Shown here in pieces: positions 7,797 through 17,926 of a stretch of 64,000 nucleotides of DNA. Numbering within the stretch: the first letter of the stretch is position 1; each line of letters starts with the position of its first letter. Under the pieces are notes generated by a model, which saw only the letters and a list, made by a program, of their open reading frames with translations, was not told where the DNA came from and ran no database searches. A program made the translations under genes and the position numbers. Location: IMG/VR virus record IMGVR_UViG_3300048502_000057. The stretch is one strand, 5' to 3'. This DNA is from an uncultured virus (IMG/VR IMGVR_UViG_3300048502_000057) (taxonomy: Duplodnaviria > Heunggongvirae > Uroviricota > Caudoviricetes).

Positions 7797-10700
7797 ATGG
7801 CGAACGGACACGGCGGCGCAAGGCCCGGAAGCGGCCCAAAACGCGGGCCTGACGGCAAGGTGCTCAATCCGTATAAGCGCCGTGAACAGTCGAAAAGTTC
7901 AAGCGAAGGTTCAAGAACGCCAGCGATCGAGACAAGGGCGATCGAGACGCGCCGCCCGTTTATGAGCGAATCAGCCGTTCATGCCGTGCTCGAAGCCTGC
8001 CGCGAGTTGCAGGGAAGATCGCATAGCCGGGCGCGCAGCGAAGAATGGAACCCCTACAAGATCCGGCCAGATCGGTTCGGTCCGGTAGCGGATCACGTCA
8101 GGAAAGCGGGCCGCAAGCTCGCGATGGACGACAACTCGTATCTGACGAGCGCGAATCAGTTCGCCATGTCTGCGTGGCAGGCTGGTGGCCTAATGCCGAA
8201 CGACGCTTCCGATGGAATGCTGTTTCTCGGGTATCCGTATCTGTCCGAGCTTACCCAGCGGTCCGAGTTTCGCCTATTCGGCGAGATCATGTCCGAGGAA
8301 ATGACGCGCAAGTGGATTGATATCCGCGGTACGGATGACGAATCGACCAAAGAAAAAGACAAGCCAAAGGATCGGAACAAGGACGACTCGGAGGCTGATG
8401 ACCGGCGCCTAGCGCGCGATGAAGATCCGCGCTCCGATGGGCGCAACAAGGACATTGAGCGAAAGATCGTTGAGCTTAATCAGTTCCTCGACGAAATTCA
8501 GGTGCGCCAGACGTTCAAAAAGATTGCGCAACACGATTCTGATTTCGGGATTGGCCATCTGTATTTCGATCTCAAGGGCGCCGACGTTAACACGATTGAC
8601 GATCCGGAAAACAAGCTCTCGATTGGCAACGGGCGGGATGCGATTTCGACCAATAAGCTTGGCAAAGGTTGCTTGCTAGGCCTGCGAACAATTGAGCCGA
8701 TCTGGTGTTACCCGACAGCCTACAACGCGCAAAACCCGCTTTCTCCCGATTGGTACGATCCGCTTGTCTGGTACGTCATGGGCGCGGAGATACATCGGAC
8801 CCGGCTACTGCCGTTTATCGGGCGGCCGGTGCCTGATATTCTCAAGCCAGCCTATGCTTTCGGCGGCCTATCTATGTCTCAGATGGCGCAACCATACGTC
8901 GATATTTGGTTGCGGACCCGGGAAAGCGTTGGCGAGATCATACACGCGTTTTCCGTCATGATCCTTTCGACCAACATGGGATCGACGACGCAGCCAGGAG
9001 GCTCAGGCGGGGCAAACGGCGACGTTTTAGCGCGTATGGCACTCGCCAACATGCTCCGCGATAACCAAGGCATCATGGTTATCGACAAGAACACCGAGGA
9101 TTTCAAAAATATCTCGGCTCCAATCTCGGGCCTCGATGAGTTGCAGGCCCAGGCGCAAGAGCATCTGTTTTCGGTTGGGCGGATACCAGCGGTCAAGTTC
9201 GCCGGCATTCAGCCGAAGGGACTGAACGCTACATCCGAGGGCGAGTTGCGGGCGTTCAACGATACCGTTCACGGCCGGCAGGAACAGCTATTCCGATCGC
9301 ATCTAACGACGGTGCTCGATATCGCGCAAATCTCGCTATGGGGCGCGCGTGATCCGGATATCACCTACGATTTCCTGCCGCTCTATGAGGAAACCGTCAA
9401 AGAGAAGGCGGAGATCCGCAAAATCGAGGCGGAGACAGATCAGATCCGCGTCGATTCGGGGATTGTGTCCCAGGAAGAGGTTCGCTCGAAGATCGTGGCC
9501 GATCCGGAGAGCGGCTACCACGGGCTCGATCCCGACGACGTTCCGGAGCTCCTGCAAGAGGAAGAGCAAGGTCTTATTCCGGAAGGCGCAGGGAAGGGCT
9601 TGGAGGCAGAGCTTGAGGAAGGCGGCCAACCTCCGCCAAAGCCAGCCGGCGGGGCTCCTAAGCCCGGCAAAGAGCCTCCCAAAAAGAAACCTGCCGAAGA
9701 TGCGGCACCGATCGCCGCAGGGATTGTGCATCGCGACCCGGAAGGCAAGGTACTGTTGCTCCGGAGATCGCAGGCGGAAGGCAACTACAAGGGCCATTGG
9801 GCGCTTCCAGGGGGAAAGGCGGAAGCAGGCGAAACCGCCGAAGCTGCGGCGCGACGGGAAAACAATGAAGAGCTCGGAAATCGTCCCGTTGGCGGCCTGC
9901 GCAAGATCGATGAAGTCGATACGCCGAACGGCCTGAAATATCATACGTTCCTGCATGAAACTGAACAATTTAGGCCGCGCCTCAATGAGGAACATGATGG
10001 GTTTATGTGGGCGCACCCGTCGAAACTGCCGGAGCCTATTCACCCGTCAGTCAAACGGATAGTCGGCAATCTTCCTGATATTGGCCAAGCCGAGGACGGC
10101 GACCTATCGATTTTTGACGGCGCAATGGACGATTTCAACGAGGCCGCTGATCACCCACGGGGCCAGCCGGGGAATGCAGGGCAGTTCGGACCGGGGGGCG
10201 GCGGAAAGGCTCAAAAAAAAAGTAGCGAAGGCAAGTCCGCCAAATCGCCGTCAAGCGGCGGCGGTAAGGCTGCGCCTGCAAAGAAAATTGATCCTGCCAA
10301 AATGAAAAAGCTTGGCGGTAAGATGGGATCGAATGAAGGCGGCACTTACGAGGATTCCGATGGCGAGAAATACTACGTCAAGAAACCGGAAACCGCCGAT
10401 CACGTCAAAAACGAGCTAGCCGCGGCAAAACTCTACAAGCTCGCTGGCGTCAATACGCTCGATTATGTTGATGCGGGACCGAACCATGTCGCGACCAAAC
10501 TGCAAAAGCTCGACAAAAAGAACATCTCGGACTTCACTCCGGCTGAGAAAAAGGAAGCCCAGAAGGATTACGGCGTTCACGCGTGGCTAGCAAATTGGGA
10601 TGCGGCCGGCATGGGCGGCGACAATCAAGGCGTCGTCAATGGCAAGGTGACTACGTTGGACGTCGGCGGGGCGTTGAAGTACCGGGCACAGGGGACGCCA

Positions 10701-12038
10701 AAAGGCGACGAATGGGGTCCGACAGTCAGAGAAACCGAAACATTGCTCAACCCGAAAATCAACCCGGATTCGGCTAAGCTATTCGACGGCATGCCGTATA
10801 AAGAACAGGAAGCATCCGTTGAAAAGGTTGTGAAGATCCCGAACGCGGATATTGAGGCCGCGTGTGGTGATGACAAGGAACTAGCTAAGACGCTGATCGC
10901 GCGCAAAGAGGATCTTGCAGAGCAATTCGGCCTTGAGGCATCTAACCCTGATTTCGAGGCCAAGCATGCCCGTGGCCCGGGCGGCAAATTCGCCAAGAAA
11001 GTCGGCGGAGAGGAAAACGAGAAAAAAGGGCCATACGACAAGTTCGACGCCAAAGAGCTTGAACAGCACCTTTTGAACAAGCCGGTTATTGCCGGCTCGA
11101 ATTACAGAAAGGCGTTGCTCAAGGCGATCGGACAGGCATCAACGCCAGAAGCCAAAACCAAACTAGCCGAAAACCTCGTTTCGTCCTGGCTCAAGACAAA
11201 GGCCAATGCGACCGAAAAGGGCGACAAAGGCACTGCCGACAAGATTGGCAAAAAAATCAATGACATCGTCAAAGAGCACAAGCTTGATATTTCCAAATTC
11301 AGCAGCTTGCCTGCCTCAAATCCAGCAGCAAAACCGGAAGTAATAGCCAAGCCGGCAGCAAAAGTTGAACAGGCGCCGAAGCCCACTCCCGCGCCTCCGC
11401 CCGTCCCTGCCGATCCGGTTGAAAAGCCGACGGAGGCAGAGCTAGCCAAAGCGAAAAAGAACGCGCCGCTTCAAATGTCGTATGTTCCTGGCGAAAAGCC
11501 AACGAGCAACGCCGAGCACGTCAAGACCGCAAATAAACAGATTGAGGATTTTAACGCCAAATACGCGGGCAAAGAACTTACGACTGAAAAGGAGTTGGCC
11601 AAAAAGGTTGCGGACTTCAAGGGACTGCAAAAGAGCATCAATGACCTAGGAAAGCTTGATGCTGAAGAGGCCGCAGAAAAGCAGAAAGCTGCGGCGGCCG
11701 AAGCAAAGAAAAAAATCGATGCTGAAATGAATGATCCGGAAGTAAAGAAGCACTACGACGTGCTGTCCGGTATTATGGGCGGTTATGCTGCAAAAGACAT
11801 AGCAAATTCTTCTCATATCAAGAACGTAATCAAAACCAACGGGTTAAAAATTACGCCACATGAAGGTGCCTATATTCAGGCCTATGTCGGATCTCATTAT
11901 GGTCCTCTTAATTCGGAGCTTCGCAAGGGCGTCGTTTCATTGAAGCAATACAAATATGCTCAAGCACTCGACGAAGCTTTCGATGGCCAAAACCCCGAAA
12001 GAATTGGCAGAACAACCGCCTATTGGGATGAAGCCTGA
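7797..12038 (+). CDS. portal protein (DUF1073-like) fused to NUDIX, kinase-like and truncated ADP-ribosyltransferase-like domains
   Basis: GGAGG RBS before ATG 7797. Portal motifs FLGYPYLSEL, EEMTRKW, IHRTRL, LKPAYAFGGLS, IPAVKFAGIQPKGLNATSEGE. Nudix box GGKAEAGETAEAAARRENNEELG. Kinase-like GSNEGG..YYVK..NE..WLANWD..N..LDVGGAL. ART-like AYVGSHYGPLNSELR. Confidence 0.88.
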   Translation: MANGHGGARPGSGPKRGPDGKVLNPYKRREQSKSSSEGSRTPAIETRAIETRRPFMSESAVHAVLEACRELQGRSHSRARSEEWNPYKIRPDRFGPVADHVRKAGRKLAMDDNSYLTSANQFAMSAWQAGGLMPNDASDGMLFLGYPYLSELTQRSEFRLFGEIMSEEMTRKWIDIRGTDDESTKEKDKPKDRNKDDSEADDRRLARDEDPRSDGRNKDIERKIVELNQFLDEIQVRQTFKKIAQHDSDFGIGHLYFDLKGADVNTIDDPENKLSIGNGRDAISTNKLGKGCLLGLRTIEPIWCYPTAYNAQNPLSPDWYDPLVWYVMGAEIHRTRLLPFIGRPVPDILKPAYAFGGLSMSQMAQPYVDIWLRTRESVGEIIHAFSVMILSTNMGSTTQPGGSGGANGDVLARMALANMLRDNQGIMVIDKNTEDFKNISAPISGLDELQAQAQEHLFSVGRIPAVKFAGIQPKGLNATSEGELRAFNDTVHGRQEQLFRSHLTTVLDIAQISLWGARDPDITYDFLPLYEETVKEKAEIRKIEAETDQIRVDSGIVSQEEVRSKIVADPESGYHGLDPDDVPELLQEEEQGLIPEGAGKGLEAELEEGGQPPPKPAGGAPKPGKEPPKKKPAEDAAPIAAGIVHRDPEGKVLLLRRSQAEGNYKGHWALPGGKAEAGETAEAAARRENNEELGNRPVGGLRKIDEVDTPNGLKYHTFLHETEQFRPRLNEEHDGFMWAHPSKLPEPIHPSVKRIVGNLPDIGQAEDGDLSIFDGAMDDFNEAADHPRGQPGNAGQFGPGGGGKAQKKSSEGKSAKSPSSGGGKAAPAKKIDPAKMKKLGGKMGSNEGGTYEDSDGEKYYVKKPETADHVKNELAAAKLYKLAGVNTLDYVDAGPNHVATKLQKLDKKNISDFTPAEKKEAQKDYGVHAWLANWDAAGMGGDNQGVVNGKVTTLDVGGALKYRAQGTPKGDEWGPTVRETETLLNPKINPDSAKLFDGMPYKEQEASVEKVVKIPNADIEAACGDDKELAKTLIARKEDLAEQFGLEASNPDFEAKHARGPGGKFAKKVGGEENEKKGPYDKFDAKELEQHLLNKPVIAGSNYRKALLKAIGQASTPEAKTKLAENLVSSWLKTKANATEKGDKGTADKIGKKINDIVKEHKLDISKFSSLPASNPAAKPEVIAKPAAKVEQAPKPTPAPPPVPADPVEKPTEAELAKAKKNAPLQMSYVPGEKPTSNAEHVKTANKQIEDFNAKYAGKELTTEKELAKKVADFKGLQKSINDLGKLDAEEAAEKQKAAAAEAKKKIDAEMNDPEVKKHYDVLSGIMGGYAAKDIANSSHIKNVIKTNGLKITPHEGAYIQAYVGSHYGPLNSELRKGVVSLKQYKYAQALDEAFDGQNPERIGRTTAYWDEA

Positions 12039-12441
12039 CGGCAGTATCGTTTTTCTTAAACCGGGCGAGCCAATCCCGGGCCTTAGGGTTATCCTAGATG
12101 ACGGCACCGAAGTTGACAGCAAAGACGTTCCTCCGGAGGCTTTGACTGACGAAGAGGATCTTGACGACATTTCGGACCTAGACGACTCTTTAGCAGGCGA
12201 CTCCGTTGGCGATATACGGCTTTTGGCGATTGATTCTGCGCTTGCAGGTTTAACCGCCCAGGTTGCGGCGATGGCTGACGTAATTGCGGGCCTCAAAGCC
12301 ACGCCAGCGCCGCAACAGCAACCGCCTGTAATCAACGTCACGATCGACAACAAGGCAAAAACAACCAAAACGGCAACGCTCAAGCGGGGCGCCGATGGCA
12401 ATCTCACCGCGGTAGTTACGGAATCGAATGATGAGGATTGA
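11983..12441 (+). CDS. hypothetical protein
   Basis: Likely start MAKTPKE; acidic middle, C-terminal ..LKRGADGNL. Confidence 0.5.
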   Translation: MAKTPKELAEQPPIGMKPDGSIVFLKPGEPIPGLRVILDDGTEVDSKDVPPEALTDEEDLDDISDLDDSLAGDSVGDIRLLAIDSALAGLTAQVAAMADVIAGLKATPAPQQQPPVINVTIDNKAKTTKTATLKRGADGNLTAVVTESNDED

Positions 12442-12838
12442 GCTTGCAGGCGATACGGTTGACGAGATTTGCTATGCGATTGCGCGTCTTGTGGACGGCC
12501 CTAGCAGGCGCGACGTTAAGGCGGGGTATCTGATCCTCTACGAATCCGAGACAGCCCGCGGCGATCCTATCGCCACCATGAGCCTATCTAGGCCAGCCTT
12601 TGGTCCGGTCAAAAACGGTGCTATGACCGCGAACCGGATCGAAGATGGTTTCGCCACCCGGGAGGGTGAAATTCGGTGGGCGGAAATCTGCGATGCGAAC
12701 AAAAAAGCTGTTTTTGGCTGTGATGTCGGGGAAAAGGACGCAACAATCAAAATCAACGCAATTGAGATCAAGATGAACGCTCCGGTAATCGTCAATTCTC
12801 TCACTATCCGCATGCCAAAGAGAAAAATTAGCAACTAA
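12428..12838 (+). CDS. putative virion structural protein
   Basis: Beta-rich; G.I.WAEI.D....VF.CDVG pattern; overlaps the upstream gene. Confidence 0.5.
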   Translation: MMRIELAGDTVDEICYAIARLVDGPSRRDVKAGYLILYESETARGDPIATMSLSRPAFGPVKNGAMTANRIEDGFATREGEIRWAEICDANKKAVFGCDVGEKDATIKINAIEIKMNAPVIVNSLTIRMPKRKISN

Positions 12839-12855
12839 TTTCGGGGGTTATACTA

Positions 12856-13437
12856 GTGGATGACCGGATTGAGCCAAAAGAATCGGCGGTTGCGGGCCTG
12901 ATTGCCCTCGGAGGGACAGGCGATAGTCTCAATGCTCACGGACGTTTCATTTTTGAGTGCCGCGACTCGGACGGCAACCTCAAATGGACGGAAGAGATCG
13001 ACAACGTAGTTACAACGGTAGGCAAAAATCTCGCATTCAACACGTTTTTAGCGGGATCGTCCTATACCGTAACTGGCCCCTATATGGGCCTGATTTCGGG
13101 CACTAGTTTCACTGCGGTAGCAGCGACCGATACCATGACGTCGCACTCCGGATGGATCGAGGCCGGTAACGCCAACGCGCCGCAGTATTCGGGCACACGC
13201 CAGACTTGCGTATGGTCGGCAGCATCGGGCGGGGCGATTGCGCTCTCGGCGGCGTTAAACTTCACTTTTACCGCAAGCGGGACAGTACAGGGCGCTTTCA
13301 TCGATTACGGCTCGGGCGCCGTCAGTACGATCGATAATACCGGAGGAACGCTCTGGTCGGCGGGAGTATTTACCAGCGGGGCGCGGTCGGTTCTAGCCGG
13401 CGATCAGATCAATGTAAGTTATACGGTCAGTATGTAG
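12856..13437 (+). CDS. putative virion structural protein
   Basis: DGNLKW.EEI.NVVTTVGKN...GTLWSAG.F...GDQINVSY, a common phage structural family. Confidence 0.65.
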   Translation: MDDRIEPKESAVAGLIALGGTGDSLNAHGRFIFECRDSDGNLKWTEEIDNVVTTVGKNLAFNTFLAGSSYTVTGPYMGLISGTSFTAVAATDTMTSHSGWIEAGNANAPQYSGTRQTCVWSAASGGAIALSAALNFTFTASGTVQGAFIDYGSGAVSTIDNTGGTLWSAGVFTSGARSVLAGDQINVSYTVSM

Positions 13438-14367
13438 GTGTGGGTACTCAGCAACCCATCGTCGTTACTCAGCATCGTCACCGGATCGGCCGGCGCTGTT
13501 GCCGTGCACGCGTCATGGGTTGACGCCGCGCAGGGCAACAGCGTCCCCCAGGCAGGGACCATAACGCCGACCGGTCAGAACGTACCATCGATCACCGGAG
13601 CCACTACGACAACGGTTGTGCCCTCGCCAGGAGCTACCGTCACGACATGGTCGATAAGCGGCACCACTCTCACGGTAACGTCGGGGATCACCGGGACCGT
13701 TCCGATAGGCGCGGCATTGTCAGCTACGGGCATCGGCTTCGGTCTCTACATCCTATCGCAGCTAACAGGCACGGCCGGCGGCGCGGGCACCTATCAGCTA
13801 TCGGCTAGCTCCACCAACGGCAGCGGCACGCTAACGCTCACCGTAGCTCGCAGCGTGCAAAAGCTGATTGTGGTCAACACGTCGGCCACGGTCTCGAATC
13901 AGATCACCGTGCAGCACAATGACGGGACGAATACGAGCACGGTCTACAGCGCCTCGCTCGCGGCCGGCGAGTCCTGCATGATGACCGATCAGAACGGCTG
14001 GCAAACCTACGACAAGACCGGATCCATCAAGACCCTGCAAACTACCGCGTTGCCGGCAGCGGCCTATGCGCAGGTGCGGACCGTAGCGAGCGGGACGACC
14101 GACGCGGGGCCGACTACGATGAGCTCCGGAAATTGTCTTGTGCTATGGAACAGCGCGACGGCCGGGGCCAAGACATCGACCATGCCGACATCTGCGGGGA
14201 CAAACAATCGGTTTACGATCATCGACGTAGCGCAGACCGCGCAGACGAACAACATCACGGCGACGCCGGCCACAGGCAGCATCACGGGCAACAATCTGGT
14301 CTACACCAAGGGCGGCGTTCAATCATGGGTCGATACCAGCTTGGGATGGATAGCCGAGGCGGCATAA
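13438..14367 (+). CDS. putative virion appendage protein with one copy of the repeated module
   Basis: S/T/G-rich; VHASWVD; QLTGTAGGAGTYQLS. Confidence 0.65.
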   Translation: MWVLSNPSSLLSIVTGSAGAVAVHASWVDAAQGNSVPQAGTITPTGQNVPSITGATTTTVVPSPGATVTTWSISGTTLTVTSGITGTVPIGAALSATGIGFGLYILSQLTGTAGGAGTYQLSASSTNGSGTLTLTVARSVQKLIVVNTSATVSNQITVQHNDGTNTSTVYSASLAAGESCMMTDQNGWQTYDKTGSIKTLQTTALPAAAYAQVRTVASGTTDAGPTTMSSGNCLVLWNSATAGAKTSTMPTSAGTNNRFTIIDVAQTAQTNNITATPATGSITGNNLVYTKGGVQSWVDTSLGWIAEAA

Positions 14368-14369
14368 TC

Positions 14370-17300
14370 ATGATGAGCATGAGAAAAGTTCTAGCGGTTC
14401 TGTTTTCGCTCGCGGCCGGGCCGGCGTTCGCCCAAGGCACGCCGGCCGGCAACAGCGGCGATTTTCAAACCAATGCCGGCAGCCTGCGATTCGGTAGCGC
14501 AACACCGGGCACCGGGGTTGCAAGCGCATTCCAGAATCCAATCAACGCCGCGAGCGGGTTTGTGACGTACTCGGGAGCGTTCGGCACTCCGACATCACTG
14601 AATCTGACCAATGCTACCGCGCTGCCCACTACGAGCCTCACGGGGGCGCTACAGGCGGGTCAATTCCCCGCCCTGACCGGAGACATCACGACATCGGCCG
14701 GCGCATTGGCGACCACCCTAGCGACGGTAAACGGCAACGTTGGCTCGTTCGGGTCGTCTACGTCATGCCCGGCATTTACCGTAAACGCCAAGGGCCTGAT
14801 CACCGCGGCATCGGCCTCCACATGCGCTCCGGCGATCGGGAGCATCACGGGGCTCGGGACGGGCGTTGCTACGGCGTTGGGCGTGGCAGTCGGTTCGGCC
14901 GGGGCTCCCGTGATCAACGGCGGTGCCCTTGGTACGCCTTCAAGCGGCAACGGCACCAACCTGACAGGCTTGGTTTACACGGCACTTCCTGCGCTTTCCG
15001 CAAATCAGATTTTGGGAGCCCTGACGGCCACGACACCATCCGGGCAATCTGTTCCCTCCTGCTCCGCGGCGAATAACGCCCTGATTTGGACTAGCGGCAC
15101 CGGTTTCGGCTGCAACACGATATCGGCCGGCGCTATATCGAGCGTATCAAACGCGGATGGCACACTGACTATAAGCCCGACTACGGGCGCGGTGGTGGCA
15201 TCAATCGCGCTCGGCCACGCGAATACGTGGACCAACGTTCAAACATTCAACAGCGGCGACTTGTCGGCAACAGCGCCAGCTTTTGCGGGAACGTTTACTG
15301 GCACCTACACCCTCGGCGGAACGCCATCGATCCCGGCAAGCGGACTGACCGGGACGGCGCTGCCATCCGGCATCGTTTCATCATCGCTGACATCGGTTGG
15401 AACGCTGTCGACGGGCACATGGCAGGCTACGCGGTAGGCGCACAATGGGGCGGCACTGGGCAGAATTTCTCAGCATCGACCGGGGTTATCCAAGCCTCAA
15501 GCGGGACATTTTCCGCCACAACCACACCGACCATGACGGCGACCAACGTCACCGGCATTCCACCGCATCAGATATCCTCGTCACTTGGATGCACGAGTAC
15601 AACCGGGTCATCATCTAGCACGGCCTATACCTGCTCGACATCGCCTAGCTTCACGCCGGCCAATGGCGACCAAATATTCTGGCTGCCGGGCACGAACGAT
15701 GTAGCCAACACTACAACGACGCCGACGCTCAACGTCAACGGCACGACCGCCTATTCGATCGTCGGCAACGGCCTGTCAAACCTGCTGCCTGCGGATGTCG
15801 GCAACGGAGCGGCGGCGCAAGGATACCAGTTGGAATATTCGACGGCGGCGGCGGTGCCGTGCTCCTCTCATTGCTGGGTGCTGGATAGCGGGACTCGCAA
15901 CAACGGCCTGTCAACTGCTACGGCTACCGGCGGTCCGGCGCTCGACGCTTGGTATGCGTGGCTGCGCAAGGTCTATACGACCGTGGTTGGTGTCCGCATC
16001 CACGGCGACAGCATCGCCTCCTGCTACCAGACTGATCCGGGATGCTCAACCTACGGACCGCAATACGCGGGCAACCGCTGGCCGTCGCTGCTGCTGCAAG
16101 CGGCGACACAGGCGGGCATCCCGATCTATGGCAACGGCATCCAGCCCTGCATCGGTACGGTCATATCGGCCGCGTTCGAGCTTCAGGGGCCGTATACATC
16201 GACCGGAACGATCTCCAACGGTAACCAAGTCGGTCCGAGCCAAGCGACCGGCGCTCTGACCGGAGGCTCGATCTGCTCGATGTCGGCGGGCGCGACGATA
16301 ACCTATCCAGCCGGCCACACGTTCTACGCGGCGCGATTTTATTGCGGCCAGGGGTCCTCTAGCGCCACGATTGCCGTCACTATCGGCGGCACTAGCGTCG
16401 GCAACATCTGCGCCTCGACGGGGTCGGCATCGGTCAACGAGGTCACATTCAACAATCCGGCTGGGACGACATCGGCTCAGATCGTGATGACCGCGACGGG
16501 GGCCGGGCAATTCTACGGCCTGGAATTGCAATACACTTCCGCTAATTACGGCCTCGTCATCCACAATGAAAGCGTCGGTGCCGCAAACAGTTATTTCTTT
16601 GGTGCCAACACCACGCAAAACCTGGGCTTCAACGATCTCCTGTCCGGTGCCCACGCGCTCGAAATTTGGTCGCTCGGCGTCAACGATCAGGCCGGCAACG
16701 TGAGCGCGGCGAACTACACGACAAATATGGACTACGTGCTCAACCACGAGCAGGCGCTCGGATCGTCCACCCTGGTCGCCAACGAATATGTCTGGACCGG
16801 TACGGGATCGACCAATACCAGCCTACGGCCAACGGCATTGACGAATGCAAATTCGCTCTCGAACCCGCTGCCGTCTGACTATCTCGATTTCCAGGATGTG
16901 ATCGGACCGATCACCCCGGCGCAATCCTACGCGATGGGGTGTCTGCAATCCGATCTGACCCACGAGTCGGACCTGTGCGCGCTGGCAATGTACCAGATGG
17001 TCACGCAGCATATTTTCCTAGGTCGCGTAACGCCTACCGGCGCTTGGTCGTTCGGCACCAACGCAACACAGGGCGGCTATACGTACGGCTATGAGGCGTT
17101 TCAAAATTCGACTGATGCCAACCCTAACTTCCGGATTCAGGGTTGTTTCTACTCATCGTTAGTGACGTGCAACGTCGATCACGGCACGACGCCCAGTGGA
17201 AACTGGCTGTGGGGCATCAATGGCGCGACGGCGCAGACCGGCATTGGCGGTGATGGCGGCGTTCTATCGATAGGTTCGTATTACATCGCCTATGGCGCTG

Positions 17301-17827
17301 CCAATGCCCAGACGCCGACCGGCTACCCGCTGACAATCGACTACAGCAACCACCTAGTCACCCGGCCCTACAACATTATTCCGCTGCTCAGCACCTACAC
17401 ATCGAGCGGCACGGCCAGCAGCTATACCAACGTCTCCGATGGCACTCGGACCATGCAGTTCGCGCTTAACGCGACGGAGTTCAAGAACATCCACTGCGAT
17501 TTCACCTACGGTGCCAGCGCGACCAGCGTCGGCGTAGAGTTCAAATGGACCTACAGCGGCACGATGACGCTGTTTCATTCGCGCATGTCCTATGACGCCA
17601 CCACGGCGACGGCGGGCGCGGCCAACATGATCTATGCGCCGGTTGTCACGGCCGTGGCCACCCAGCAGCCGACCACGCCGACGACGGTCAACACCACGAC
17701 CGCGCAATACGAGGTTCAGCTCGACGTCGATGCCTATACCAGCACAGCGGGCACCCTGAATCTAACGGCCGCGCCATCAGCGACCGGCACCATCAATTTT
17801 CCATCCGGCGAATGCAGGGCGGAATAG
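14370..17827 (+). CDS. large fibre/adhesin-like protein with signal peptide and SGNH hydrolase domain (frameshift ~15430)
   Basis: MRKVLAVLFSLAAGPAFA|Q; fibre repeats GTWQAT.VG.QWGGTG bridge the frameshift; SGNH blocks HGDSI, SVGA, LGVND, SDLTH. Confidence 0.75.
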
Positions 17828-17926
17828 CGGACCGCAGTAAAACGAGTAGTGGAGTGTAGCTGGTCTCAATCCGTTATATGCCACTGTTCTTTTCCTGCGA
17901 GTGAGGCGCGCAAATAGCGGGTAGCC

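Noticed and set aside
7797..9590. Anti-CBASS Acb1 annotation sometimes attached to DUF1073 proteins
   Set aside because: No HxT/HxS 2H-phosphoesterase motifs recognised; this region is the portal core
13435..13440. TAG immediately followed in frame by GTG, suggesting amber read-through or an alternative genetic code
   Set aside because: TAG ends many genes at their expected C-termini (cement, adaptor neighbours, spike), long ORFs are not interrupted by TAG, and no suppressor tRNA is present
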